A stretch of 64,000 nucleotides of DNA from Acaryochloridaceae cyanobacterium VAR_48_metabat_390 (lineage in GTDB: Bacteria > Cyanobacteriota > Cyanobacteriia > Thermosynechococcales > Thermosynechococcaceae): positions 35,929-99,928 of the forward strand of contig JANPLU010000014.1 in NCBI GenBank assembly GCA_031422435.1. Direction: 5' to 3'. The translations under genes and the position numbers were made by a program. The notes below the pieces were generated by a model. The model was not told the origin of the DNA, ran no database searches, and saw only the letters and a list, made by a program, of their open reading frames with translations. This document shows positions 31,207 through 41,655 of the stretch, in pieces. Position 1 is the stretch's first letter, and each line of letters begins with the position of its first letter.

Positions 31207-32643
31207 GTGCGGTTTGATAGCTACGATCCCGAAACACAAGGGTTTTACGACGAGCTGTTTATTGACAAAAACCAGCCGCGTCCAGAGGGACAGCCCCTGG
31301 TAGACCGCATTCACTCTCTGCCGCCCGGAGAACTAATGCTGCGACAGGCGGCGGCCTCAGCCGCAATGTATAAGTTGGGCGCAACCTTCAACGTCTACGG
31401 CGATGAAGATGCAGAAGACCGAATTTTTCCCTTTGATGTGATTCCGCGCATTGTGGCGGTAAGTGAGTGGGAATATTTAGAGCGCGGTCTTAAACAGCGC
31501 ATCCACGCCCTTAATCTTTTTCTAGACGATATCTATCACGATCAAAAAATTGTGGCAGATGGGCACATCCCTTTAGAGCTGATTGAGTCAGCGACAGGCT
31601 TTTTGAAGCCCTGCGTGGGGCTAAACCCGCCTGGTAAGGTCTGGTGTCACATCACGGGCACAGATTTAGTGCGCGATAAAGCAGGGCAGTGGTTTGTTTT
31701 AGAAGACAACATGCGCTGTCCTTCGGGTATTTCTTATGTGCTAGAGAATCGGCGCGTGATGAAAAATACCTTCCCTCAGGTGTTCGCCAAAATGCAGATT
31801 CAGCCTGTAGATGAGTACCCTAGCCGTTTGCTAGAGGCATTACTGCATCTGGTGCCCTCTCAAGTCGAGCATCCTACGGTTGTAGTGCTAACTCCAGGCA
31901 TCTACAACTCTGCTTACTTTGAGCATTCGTTCTTGGCACAGCAGATGGGCATAGAGCTGGTCGAAGGCCAAGATTTAACCGTGGTGGATGGCTATCTCCA
32001 GATGCGCACCACTAAAGGACTCCAGCGCGTTGACGTAATCTATCGGCGCATTGATGATGACTTTATTGACCCTAAAGTGTTTAGAGCCGACTCGATGCTG
32101 GGGGTACCTGGTCTGATGGAGGTTTATAAAGCGGGACGAGTGGCGATCGCCAATGCTCCTGGTACAGGAATCGCGGACGATAAGGTGATCTACGCCTACG
32201 TCCCTAAGATGATTCAGTATTACCTCGGCGAAGAGCCGATCTTGCCCAACGTGCCCACCTACCTCTGTTGGGAGGCAAAACAGCTTGCCTATGTGCTTGA
32301 GAATTTAGACAAACTCGTTGTTAAATCGGCTAACGAAGCGGGTGGCTACGGGATGCTGATTGGGCCTCACGCGACCGAAGCCGAGCGCGAAGCGTTTGCC
32401 ATTAAAATTCAGGAAAATCCGCGAAACTACATTGCTCAGCCCACCCTGTGTCTATCGCGGGTGCCGACTATCTTGGGCGATCAAATTGAAGGGTGTCATG
32501 TCGATCTGCGCCCTTATATTCTCTACGGCAAAGAAATTTATGTTCATCCAGGGGGACTTACCCGTGTGGCCTTAAAAAAAGGTTCCCTGGTGGTGAATTC
32601 TTCCCAAGGGGGAGGGAGTAAGGATACCTGGGTTTTATACTAA
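31207..32643 (+). CDS. Circularly permuted type 2 ATP-grasp protein
   Basis: Motifs [36 protein letters not shown] and [15 protein letters not shown]. Confidence 0.95.
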   Translation: MRFDSYDPETQGFYDELFIDKNQPRPEGQPLVDRIHSLPPGELMLRQAAASAAMYKLGATFNVYGDEDAEDRIFPFDVIPRIVAVSEWEYLERGLKQRIHALNLFLDDIYHDQKIVADGHIPLELIESATGFLKPCVGLNPPGKVWCHITGTDLVRDKAGQWFVLEDNMRCPSGISYVLENRRVMKNTFPQVFAKMQIQPVDEYPSRLLEALLHLVPSQVEHPTVVVLTPGIYNSAYFEHSFLAQQMGIELVEGQDLTVVDGYLQMRTTKGLQRVDVIYRRIDDDFIDPKVFRADSMLGVPGLMEVYKAGRVAIANAPGTGIADDKVIYAYVPKMIQYYLGEEPILPNVPTYLCWEAKQLAYVLENLDKLVVKSANEAGGYGMLIGPHATEAEREAFAIKIQENPRNYIAQPTLCLSRVPTILGDQIEGCHVDLRPYILYGKEIYVHPGGLTRVALKKGSLVVNSSQGGGSKDTWVLY

Positions 32644-32712
32644 GCCCAAAGAGAAAGAACTCTGACGGATTCCAATGGATTCTAAGCAAATTGAACCCTA
32701 CCAAAATTGCCC

Positions 32713-33726
32713 ATGCTGAGCCGCGTTGCAAATTCAATCTACTGGCTAAATCGCTACATCGAACGGGCTGAAAACGTCGCCCGTTTCCTAGACGTAAACC
32801 TTAACCTTCTGTTAGATATGCCCTCTGGCATCGAGCAGCAGTGGAAGCCTTTGGTGGCGACAACAGGCGATCGCGCTTTCTTCACCAAACACTACGGTGA
32901 TGCCACCCCCGAAAACGTGGTTAAGTTTTTGGTGTTTGACCGCGCTTACCCCAACTCCATTCTTTCCTGCCTTCAAACCGCCCGTGAAAATGCGCGATCC
33001 GTCCGCGAAATTATTTCGTCTGAAATGTGGGAGCGCGTCAACGCCTTTCACATGATGGTGGCGGAAGCAAAACGCGAAGACCTTTCGCTGTCTGCGCTCA
33101 ATGCGCTGCTGACGGCGGTCAAAGAATCCAGTCACCTGTTTGCAGGGGTGATGGAGGCCACCATGTCCCATAACGAGGCGTGGAATTTTGGTCAGGTGGG
33201 TCGCTATCTAGAGCGAGCAGATAAAACTTCCCGCATTTTAGATGTCAAATACTTTATTTTGCTGCCCTCCACGGAAGACGTTGGTTCTTCGGTTGATGAA
33301 CTGGGCTGGATTGCCTTGCTGCGTTCTGCCAGCGCCTATGAGATGTACCGCAAAAGCAGCGTCCAGCACCGCATTACCCCCGCCGCAGTCGCCTCATTTT
33401 TAATTTTGGACGCAGAGTTTCCGCGCTCGATTCGGTTTTGCCTATTTGAAATGGAGCGATCGCTGCATCAAATTAGCGGCACCCCCATCGGCACTTGGCG
33501 CAACGCCGCTGAACGAACCGTGGGCAAGGTTCGCTCTGAGCTAGAGTTTGTAACCATCTCTGAAATTGTGTCTGACGGGATGCACGAATTTTTAGATCGG
33601 GTACAGCAGCAGCTCAATGAGATCGACCACGATATCTTTAAAACCTTCTTCTCTAGAGAACCCGTTGCGGCACCTGTGGCTGCTGCCGCCGCCGTCAAGG
33701 GTTTATCCCAATCACAGCGGCAATGA
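32713..33726 (+). CDS. Alpha-E domain protein
   Basis: MLSRVANSIYWLNRYIERAEN, ARENARSVRE, GRYLERAD and FPRS, i.e. repeated ER motifs. Confidence 0.95.
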   Translation: MLSRVANSIYWLNRYIERAENVARFLDVNLNLLLDMPSGIEQQWKPLVATTGDRAFFTKHYGDATPENVVKFLVFDRAYPNSILSCLQTARENARSVREIISSEMWERVNAFHMMVAEAKREDLSLSALNALLTAVKESSHLFAGVMEATMSHNEAWNFGQVGRYLERADKTSRILDVKYFILLPSTEDVGSSVDELGWIALLRSASAYEMYRKSSVQHRITPAAVASFLILDAEFPRSIRFCLFEMERSLHQISGTPIGTWRNAAERTVGKVRSELEFVTISEIVSDGMHEFLDRVQQQLNEIDHDIFKTFFSREPVAAPVAAAAAVKGLSQSQRQ

Positions 33727-34583
33727 AGTACACCATTACCCACGGCACAACCTACACCTACGACGGTTCGGTGTTTTTGAACCCTCACGTTTTGCGGCTT
33801 CAGCCCCGCAGCGACGGGTTTCAGCGGCTCACGCAGTACGACCTCAAGATAACGCCAGCCCCTCAAGGTCAAAACAGTCTTTTAGATGTTGAGGGCAACC
33901 TGCTCACCCGCTGCTGGTGGGGGGACGTGCCCATCCAGACGCTTCAGGTTATTGCAACCTCAGAGGTTGAAACCCTTTGTGATAACCCCTTTAACTACAT
34001 CCTTGAGTCGTGGGCAACGCGGCTTCCCTTTGACTACCCCACGGCACTGTCAGAGCATCTTCAGCCCTATCTTACTCCCACACATTTAGGAAGCCTTGCT
34101 TCAGACCCTGCGGCAACCCAGCTCGCCCAAGAGATTGCCCACAGCGTCAATTGGAACCCCATCCATTTCTTAGGGGAGTTAAACCAGCGCATCTACAGAA
34201 GAATGCGCTACCAGGTGCGAGAAGAAGGCGACCCGCAGCCCCCCAGCATTACCTGGACGCAGCAAAGCGGAACGTGCCGAGACTTTGTGGTGCTGTTTAT
34301 GGCAGCCTGTCGCGCGGTCGGTCTTGCCGCTCGATTTGTTAGCGGCTACGAAGAAGGCGACTCTGCCTATGAACAAATGCTTCACGCCTGGGCGGAGGTG
34401 TATCTGCCGGGTGCAGGCTGGCGGGGCTATGACCCAACGATGGGACTGGTGGTGGGCGATCGCCATATCGCCATTGCCGCTAGTGAGTGGCCTCGCTACG
34501 CCGCTCCCATTACTGGGACGCATCGCGGCGGCAATGGAGCCGCCGCCACTCTCGAAGGAAAAGTCTTAGTTCGCAAGCAATAA
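33723..34583 (+). CDS. Transglutaminase family protein
   Basis: N-terminal ITH.T.Y.Y...LRLQPR and catalytic motifs GTCRDF, HAWAEVY and GYDPT. Confidence 0.93.
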   Translation: MKYTITHGTTYTYDGSVFLNPHVLRLQPRSDGFQRLTQYDLKITPAPQGQNSLLDVEGNLLTRCWWGDVPIQTLQVIATSEVETLCDNPFNYILESWATRLPFDYPTALSEHLQPYLTPTHLGSLASDPAATQLAQEIAHSVNWNPIHFLGELNQRIYRRMRYQVREEGDPQPPSITWTQQSGTCRDFVVLFMAACRAVGLAARFVSGYEEGDSAYEQMLHAWAEVYLPGAGWRGYDPTMGLVVGDRHIAIAASEWPRYAAPITGTHRGGNGAAATLEGKVLVRKQ

Positions 34584-34677
34584 ACTCAAACACCTTAACG
34601 CTTTCATACTTTTAGTGCGGCAAGGCTCGAACTGTCGTACACTCTCGTAAAAGGAAATTCATCGCTCTACCGAAGAC

Positions 34678-36651
34678 ATGCAGTCTGTCAAGCACAATAA
34701 ATACGTTGAATGGATTGATGGAGTACTGCTGTTTGCGGCATTTATTCTGCTCACCTACGGGTTAGAAAAGTACGGTCTGTTTGAACCCCATGAGGGTCAT
34801 TTTGCAGGCGTGGCGCGGGAGATGATTCTGCAAGGGGACTGGGTTACGCCCACGCTCAACGGCGCACCCTATCTCAATAAGCCACCTCTGCTATATTGGC
34901 TCATTGCTACAAGTTTTAAGCTATTTGGGTTTCAGGAATTTGCAGCGCGTTTCCCGATTGCCCTGGCAGGATGGTTGGGGGTAGTGGTGGCGTGGCTGTG
35001 GAGCCGCCAGATTTGGGGCGTAATTGCGAGTCGCGCAACCGTCGTGCTGCTGAGTACAGGGGTGGGCTGGTTTATTTTTGCCCATCAGCTCCTGATTGAT
35101 GAGCTGTTGGGCACGCTGCTGTTAGCCATGATGTACTGCCTGTGGCGGTTGACGGTACAGCCTAAATCCCACGGCTTTTTTGTTGCGGCTTACCTACTGC
35201 TGGGGCTGGCGGTATTAGCAAAGGGGATTTTAGCCCTGGCGTTTTGGGTGGTGGGCTGTGGGGCGATCGCCCTTACCACTCGTCGCTGGCAAACCCTAAA
35301 AATATTTCGGCCTCTGTTAGGAATTGCAATAACGGCGGCTGTGGTAGTGCCCTGGTGTATTGCGGTCGAGCAATACAACCCTGGCTTTCTGCAATATTTT
35401 TTGCTCAACGAAAACTTTAAGCGCGCCTTAGATACGCGATGGCCTCCAGACTACAGCATCTCTAAAATTAGCCCTTGGGGATACTTGGGGGTAAGCGCCG
35501 TTTGGTGCCTACCGTGGACATTTTTGCTGCCACCAACCCTTAAAAGGGCATGGGAAGACTGGCGGCATGGATTTACAGCCATTGCGACTCCAACAGATCG
35601 TCAACGCAGCGATGCCCTCACGCTGCTAGGCGTACTGGCTGTATTGCCCATTGTGATGTTTTTGCCCCTTTCTTCTCGGCTGTACTACTACTCCATCCCT
35701 GCCGTTCCGCCTTTAGCGATGATGACCGGATACTGGTGGTCAATGGCGTGGCAAGGCAAAGCAGAGCGATCGCGCGTCTGGATTGGGTGGATCATGACGG
35801 GTCTAGGCGTTGCCCTCATGACAGGGCTGCTCTGGCTCCCTCAAGAGGTGATTGCGCTGTTTCCAGAACTATCCCAGACCAAAGGAGTGCAGACGATTAT
35901 CACCGTTCAACTGCTAGGGCTGAGCGTAGGATTTATTGGGAGTGGTGTATTTCTGTTGCGGCGGCAGTTGGCGATCGCCCTCGTATTGCTGTGGTTTGGC
36001 TTTGGCACCACTTGGGCAACAGTCATTCAGGGGTTTAAGACCGTTCAAGATTTTCGTTCGTCTAAAACGCTCATTTCAGAAGCAAAAGCCCATCTCCAGT
36101 CCTCTCCACTGTGGATTTTTGAAGGATCGCGGGAGCTGGGTGCGGCGGGGGCAATGAGCTTTTACCTCAATCCCAGCGGACTACCAGGGTTTGAAAGTAT
36201 AAAGGCAGCAGATTCAATACTGAGTGGATTTGAATCAGTCCTACTGATTGGATCGAAGGATGGTCAATCTCTGGCGATTCCCTCTCAACCAGACAAAGCC
36301 ATTTCAGCAGATTGGGCTATTACACCCACTGGAATCCTTTACCAAACTGTGGCGGTTTTGACGGATGGAGGAGCAAACCGCCTGCCCCCTTCTTTTCCAG
36401 GTAAGCCCCCAGCGACTCTCATTACTAAAATCCAAATGCAGCAATTTTGGAACAGTAATCGCCCCGTGGTTTTTGTAACGGACTTTTTGCGTTCTTCTGA
36501 TGACCCTCATGATCCACCAACTCTCAATTTGCCAAAGGATGCAGGCAAACCGCTTCTTGAAATTGGGCCACGCAAACTCTACGGAAATGCAGCCGCTCAG
36601 GCACTTTGGTCTAAAGAAGGGGCATCCCATTCACCCCAAACCAGGATGTAA
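34678..36651 (+). CDS. ArnT/PMT-like (GT-C fold) membrane glycosyltransferase
   Basis: EPHEGHFAGVAREM...GDWVTPTLNG.PYLNKPPLLYW and LAKG, with multiple TM segments. Confidence 0.88.
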   Translation: MQSVKHNKYVEWIDGVLLFAAFILLTYGLEKYGLFEPHEGHFAGVAREMILQGDWVTPTLNGAPYLNKPPLLYWLIATSFKLFGFQEFAARFPIALAGWLGVVVAWLWSRQIWGVIASRATVVLLSTGVGWFIFAHQLLIDELLGTLLLAMMYCLWRLTVQPKSHGFFVAAYLLLGLAVLAKGILALAFWVVGCGAIALTTRRWQTLKIFRPLLGIAITAAVVVPWCIAVEQYNPGFLQYFLLNENFKRALDTRWPPDYSISKISPWGYLGVSAVWCLPWTFLLPPTLKRAWEDWRHGFTAIATPTDRQRSDALTLLGVLAVLPIVMFLPLSSRLYYYSIPAVPPLAMMTGYWWSMAWQGKAERSRVWIGWIMTGLGVALMTGLLWLPQEVIALFPELSQTKGVQTIITVQLLGLSVGFIGSGVFLLRRQLAIALVLLWFGFGTTWATVIQGFKTVQDFRSSKTLISEAKAHLQSSPLWIFEGSRELGAAGAMSFYLNPSGLPGFESIKAADSILSGFESVLLIGSKDGQSLAIPSQPDKAISADWAITPTGILYQTVAVLTDGGANRLPPSFPGKPPATLITKIQMQQFWNSNRPVVFVTDFLRSSDDPHDPPTLNLPKDAGKPLLEIGPRKLYGNAAAQALWSKEGASHSPQTRM

Positions 36652-36731
36652 GCGGGTTCAATGCGTAAAATGAGCTTGTATGGTGGTCATTACCTTTGCC
36701 TACTACTGCATCGCACTCAAGGAAGCTAGCC

Positions 36732-37178
36732 ATGATCGTTACAACAAAAACGCTCTATGACACGGACTTCAATCAATGGATTGAGGTGCAGGTGCAGTTA
36801 TTGCGCGATCGCCAACTCAACAAACTAGATATCGAAAACCTGATCGAGGAGATTGAGTCTTTGGGTAAGTCTGACAAGCGCCAGATCAAGAGTCGTCTAG
36901 AAGTGTTGCTTCACCATTTGCTGAAGTGGCAATACCAGTCGTCTCAACGCACCGAGTCCTGGGAAGGCACCATTGCAGAACAGCGCAGACGCATCCGAGA
37001 TTTACTCGCAGACAGCCCTAGCCTTAAGTCTTACGTTGAAACGGTGGCAAATGCCTGCTACGCGGATGCTCGTGAGCAAGCATCTTTAGAAACTGGACTC
37101 TCTTTAGACTGTTTTCCTTCTGACTGCCCCTATGCGATCGCAGATGCTTTAAACCCAGACTTTTGGCCGGAACCTTAA
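36732..37178 (+). CDS. DUF29 family protein
   Basis: Motifs LYDTDFNQW, LIEEIESLG, LLKWQYQ, SPSLK and FP..CPY. Confidence 0.92.
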   Translation: MIVTTKTLYDTDFNQWIEVQVQLLRDRQLNKLDIENLIEEIESLGKSDKRQIKSRLEVLLHHLLKWQYQSSQRTESWEGTIAEQRRRIRDLLADSPSLKSYVETVANACYADAREQASLETGLSLDCFPSDCPYAIADALNPDFWPEP

Positions 37179-37258
37179 GGATTTGAGCATTTGCTCAAAA
37201 ACTTTGGTTACAGTAAGACAAAATGCGAAGATTCGTCGATGTTGAGGAGTAGCTTAAG

Positions 37259-38911
37259 ATGACGGTTCCAACAGAAATTAAGACGGGCGTTCCCGAAAGT
37301 CTGCCGGGTCAAGTAAAGTATGTTCCCAAAAATCATCGGCGTATTCTGCTGATTTTTCCGCGCTACAGCAAATCCTTCGGCACGTTCCACTACTCCTATA
37401 AGCTCACGGGTGGACGGGTCAAAGCCTTTATGCCGCCGCAAGGACTGTTATTGGTTGCGTCCTACTTCCCCAAACAGTGGGATGTGCGCCTCATTGATGA
37501 AAACGCCAACCCTGCCACGGAAGCGGACTATCGTTGGGCAGATGTGGTGATTACCAGCGGGATGCACATTCAGCGGCCTCAGATTAACGAAATTAATGCG
37601 ATCGCCCATCGTCACGGCAAACTGACCGTCGTGGGTGGCCCTTCGGTTTCCGGCTGTCCAGAATACTACCCAGACTTCGATATTTTACGCATGGGCGAAC
37701 TGGGTGATGCCGACGAAAAGCTAATTGAGTATCTCGATAACTCCATTGAGCGCCCAGCCCAACAGCTTTGCCTCGAAACCTTGGAGCGGCTGCCCCTGAG
37801 CGAGTTCCCTACCCCTGCCTATCATCACATTGACCTAAATCAGTACCTGCTCGGCAGTGTCCAGTTTTCCAGTGGCTGCCCCTTTAACTGTGAGTTTTGT
37901 GACATCCCCACGCTGTATGGACATAACCCGCGCCTTAAGACTCCCCAGCAAATTTTAGATGAACTCGATGCCATGCTGGAATCTGGCAATCCAGGGCTGG
38001 TCTACTTTGTGGATGACAACTTTATCGGCAACCGTCGTGCCGTCACAGACTTTTTACCCAAGCTGATTGAGTGGCAAAAAGAGCGAGGCTACCCACTTCA
38101 GTTTGCCTGTGAGGCCACCCTCAATATTGCCCAAAGCCCTAAGCTGCTGGAGCTAATGCGCGAAGCCTATTTCACGACGGTGTTCTGCGGTATTGAAACC
38201 CCAGAGACAGATGCACTCCACGCCATTTCTAAAGATCAAAACCTTAGTATGCCGATTCTAGATGCAGTCAAGCAGCTCAATAAGTACGGTATGGAAGTGG
38301 TGTCGGGCATCATTATTGGGTTTGATACCGATACGCCGGAGACGGGCGATCGCATCCTAGACTTCATCAAAGCCTCCAATATTTCTGTACTAACCATTAA
38401 TCTGCTGTATGCCCTACCCAAGACGGCATTGTGGGCGCGACTTGAAAAAGAAGATCGGCTGCTGTTTGACGAAGACCCCACCCGCGAATCTAACGTCAAG
38501 TTTTTGATGCCCTATGACGAGGTGCTGGCAATGTGGCGACGGGTGATTACCACCGCCTACGAACCTGAGTTTCTGTATGAGCGGTATCAATACCAGGTGA
38601 ACTACACCTACGCCAACCGCATCGTGGCTCCCAATAGCCCTGCTCGCGTCAACTGGCCAAATATCAAAAAGGCGCTGATTATGATGAGCAATATTTTGGT
38701 TCGGATGGGCGTGTTTAGCAGCTATCGCAAGACGTTCTGGAAGTTGGCAGGGCCTGCGCTAAAGGCTGGCAAAATTGAGGATGTAATTGGGACGGGCTGG
38801 GCGAGCTATCACCTGATTGAGTTCGCAAAAGAGTGCGCTACAGGCCAAGAGTCGGCTTCATTCTACTCGCAAAAGGTGCTGGAGCCAGAGCGAGAAACAG
38901 TAGGGGTATAG
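37259..38911 (+). CDS. hpnP: B12-binding radical SAM enzyme, hopanoid C-2 methylase
   Basis: RILLIFPRYSKSFGTF, AFMPPQGLL, SGMHIQR, GCPFNCEFCDIP and RESNV match the R. palustris HpnP sequence as recalled, along its whole length. Confidence 0.85.
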   Translation: MTVPTEIKTGVPESLPGQVKYVPKNHRRILLIFPRYSKSFGTFHYSYKLTGGRVKAFMPPQGLLLVASYFPKQWDVRLIDENANPATEADYRWADVVITSGMHIQRPQINEINAIAHRHGKLTVVGGPSVSGCPEYYPDFDILRMGELGDADEKLIEYLDNSIERPAQQLCLETLERLPLSEFPTPAYHHIDLNQYLLGSVQFSSGCPFNCEFCDIPTLYGHNPRLKTPQQILDELDAMLESGNPGLVYFVDDNFIGNRRAVTDFLPKLIEWQKERGYPLQFACEATLNIAQSPKLLELMREAYFTTVFCGIETPETDALHAISKDQNLSMPILDAVKQLNKYGMEVVSGIIIGFDTDTPETGDRILDFIKASNISVLTINLLYALPKTALWARLEKEDRLLFDEDPTRESNVKFLMPYDEVLAMWRRVITTAYEPEFLYERYQYQVNYTYANRIVAPNSPARVNWPNIKKALIMMSNILVRMGVFSSYRKTFWKLAGPALKAGKIEDVIGTGWASYHLIEFAKECATGQESASFYSQKVLEPERETVGV

Positions 38912-39268
38912 CGTACTCGTATAGTTAGCTTTAGCCAAAGTCAAGCCTTCAGGCAGCAAATGGCCGAAAACTTAAGCCATAGTGAATCATCTTGGTTGGT
39001 TCTCATACCTAATATTTAGAAAATGGGAAACTCTGATGTCGATTTATTCCTGATTTGACAGCAGATCCTTTTGCTCGTTAACTTTGAATTGGCTGTATTT
39101 TATCCCTCACGGCTTCTTCAAACCGCAGAAAGTGAGCCACATTCTATGAGAAAGTCCACATGATTCGGGTTATTTCAATTTGGTCACATTACGAATAAAG
39201 CCGCGATTATTCCTATCAAAGATGGCTGAACCTGACAGTCGCTAGTATCTTATTATCAAAATTGCGAC

Positions 39269-40150
39269 TCAGGTCTCGTCATCAGATAAGTTACTCGACA
39301 GCGCTAGGGCAAGCTGATACACGTCTCGACGGGAAAGGTTTAGGGCTTTAGCAACTTGGCGACTGGCCTGCGATCGCGGCATTCCTTCTCCCAACAAAAC
39401 CAATAGTGCTTTCCGTACATCTGTCTCACTTACTTCGACAACTTCTGGCACATAACCCGCCACCACGAGGGTAAATTCACCACGAGGTTCTGTGACAGTG
39501 AAGTGGGCGATCGCCTCCCCCAACCCTCCGCGCCAAAACGTCTCATAGCGTTTCGTCAACTCCCGCGACACCACCACAGAACGCTCTACCCCAAGCACTT
39601 CACTTAATGCCTGAAGCGTTTGGAGCAGTCGATGGGGCGCTTCGTAGAAAATTATGGTGCGGGTTTCATGCGCTAAGGCTGTCAGTCGCTGCTGCCGCTC
39701 AGAGCCTTTGACGGGCAAAAAACCCTCAAAACAAAAGCGATCGGTGGGCAAGCCCGAGGCGCTTAGCGCGGTAATAACTGCGGTAGGGCCAGGAATAGGC
39801 ACCACCAAAATACCTTCAGCCACACAGGCTTGCACTAATTCATAGCCTGGGTCAGAAATTCCTGGCATTCCGGCATCGGTGACGAGGGCAATCTGCTCTC
39901 CGGCATGAAGGCGTTCTAGTAAGGCAGGTAGGCGAGACAATATGTTGTGCTGATGACAGCTAATTTGGGGCGTTTTGATTTGGAAATGATGGAGTAGTTT
40001 TCCAGTGTGGCGCGTGTCTTCAGCGGCGATCGCATGGACGGTCTGCAAGATTCGCACGGCGCGAAAGGTCATGTCTTCTAGGTTGCCGATGGGGGTACCG
40101 ACGACATAAAGGATGCCAACGGGGGAGGGGGCTATTTCAGAATCATTCAT
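39269..40150 (-). CDS. rsmI: 16S rRNA C1402 2'-O-methyltransferase
   Basis: Motifs GTPIGNLED, AEDTR, DAGMPGISDPG and RELTK. Confidence 0.97.
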   Translation of the reverse strand: MNDSEIAPSPVGILYVVGTPIGNLEDMTFRAVRILQTVHAIAAEDTRHTGKLLHHFQIKTPQISCHQHNILSRLPALLERLHAGEQIALVTDAGMPGISDPGYELVQACVAEGILVVPIPGPTAVITALSASGLPTDRFCFEGFLPVKGSERQQRLTALAHETRTIIFYEAPHRLLQTLQALSEVLGVERSVVVSRELTKRYETFWRGGLGEAIAHFTVTEPRGEFTLVVAGYVPEVVEVSETDVRKALLVLLGEGMPRSQASRQVAKALNLSRRDVYQLALALSSNLSDDET

Positions 40151-40222
40151 GTCGCTTTGGCTATCTAGAACTCAATCAGTTTGTATGATGTGACAAGTAA
40201 AGCTTCAGAATGAGGGGAAAGC

Positions 40223-40450
40223 ATGAGAGAAGAATATGATTTATCACAGGCTGAGCGAGGCAAGTTTTTTCGGTCTGATGCTAATTTCAATATCCCAATC
40301 TACTTAGAAAATGATGTATTAGAGTTCTTCTCTCAGCGTGCCGAAGAAAAAGGAATTGATCTCAATATCTTATTGAACGACTTACTTAAGAAGGACATTG
40401 CTTTCGAGAGAGGTTTGATTGAGAAGTGTATAAAAAAATCGAATAAGTAA
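40223..40450 (+). CDS. BrnA/CopG-like antitoxin (orphan)
   Basis: MREEYDLSQAERGKF...IPIYLENDVLEFF...LLNDLL ribbon-helix-helix-like pattern. Confidence 0.65.
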   Translation: MREEYDLSQAERGKFFRSDANFNIPIYLENDVLEFFSQRAEEKGIDLNILLNDLLKKDIAFERGLIEKCIKKSNK

Positions 40451-40660
40451 TGTCACGTCCACAGAAATCGACTTCGATTAGGGTCATATTTCTGCTCATC
40501 AAACTAATTCACATAAATATAAATACATCTATTTTTCTCCAAGAAAATAATTTTCGATTGAATCACAAATGCCTCTGCTGGGTATGCTTATAGAAGATCA
40601 ATAGGATTCTGTTCGGACAGTTTGACAAGATCATTCAAAGTATATAAGGAACGCATACAG

Positions 40661-41375
40661 ATGACTCTTACGAATTGCCCTCAATGTGGCTCTAAACTTT
40701 CAGCTCCTCTAAAAAGTAGTGGCCGTCAAGTCTGTTCTTCTTGTGGATGGACAGATAAAAAATGAACAAATTTATCATTCTGAAAAGACTGAAAATGTAA
40801 CCGAGTCAACGACATCTAACGCAATAAAAGAGATAGATGCGTTCTCATCAAGAGAATTAATTGAAATAGCCAAAAACCAGAAAAATATTATTTGGTTGGT
40901 TATAATAGGTCTTGTCTTACCTTCCTTAAATCCTTATCTCATATTAATCTCAAGCATAGTGCAGGCTATTTTTATTTATAATTTAGCTGTTTCCATGAAA
41001 TCAAAATCAGCACAGGTATATTGCTTTTTGATGTTTATTCCGTTGATAAATTTAATTGTATTACTGATTGTAAGTGGAGAAGCGACATCTATTCTGAATA
41101 AGAATGGAGTCAAAGTTGGTTTGATGGGAGCACAAATTCAGGATATATCGCAATTAGAACAGGAGATTCAAATTGATAATCGTATTTCCACCTCAAATAA
41201 CTTAAGCTCTTCAGATAACTTTGGAAACCTCGAAAAACTTGCAGAATTAAGAGATAAATCAATTATCACAGAAGAAGAATTTCAGGAAAAGAAAAGACAG
41301 ATACTTGATCTTCAGAGCTTACGATTTAAAATCAATAAGACGATTATCTTCTGGCAAGATGAGCAGGTTTATTAA
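40661..41375 (+). pseudogene. Frameshifted zinc-ribbon + membrane + SHOCT-domain gene
   Basis: ATG at 40661 follows AAGGA and reads MTLTNCPQCG...CSSCGWTDKK* (stop 40763-65). Removing one A from the A6 run at 40757-62 joins it to the 40719-41375 frame, which carries TM helices and the SHOCT motif LEKLAELRDKSIITEEEFQEKKRQIL. Confidence 0.7.
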
Positions 41376-41421
41376 GTGCAATTTTACCTCAAACATATTT
41401 CCCAATATATCGAGAGCAATT

Positions 41422-41655
41422 CTAGTGAGATTGCAGCCAATCATCCAAATCCGAAGACTGAGAGAAATCGAGTAAATCTTCGCCTAGATCCTCAATTTGA
41501 TTTAGAGGCAATTCACGAATTTTTGTCTCAGTTTCAGGCAAGATTTTTCCGAATCGTCGATTTAGTAAACGAAGAATCAATGATTCAGCCCCTTGTTTTT
41601 GAGCCGTGCTAATAATTTTTTGCTCTAAATCCAGAAACTCTTTAGACAGTGCCAT
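41422..41655 (-). CDS. Stand-alone DUF4351 domain (fragment-like)
   Basis: LILRLLNRRFG...IRELPLNQIEDLGEDLLDFSQSSDLDDWL. Confidence 0.8.
   Translation of the reverse strand: MALSKEFLDLEQKIISTAQKQGAESLILRLLNRRFGKILPETETKIRELPLNQIEDLGEDLLDFSQSSDLDDWLQSH

Noticed and set aside
39000..39153. TTCTCATA/TATGAGAA inverted repeat about 150 bp apart (possible decayed MITE)
   Set aside because: Only 8 bp long with no target-site duplication, so it could be chance.
41376..41612. 78-aa plus-strand ORF
   Set aside because: It is antisense to the DUF4351 ORF, which has the clear domain signature.
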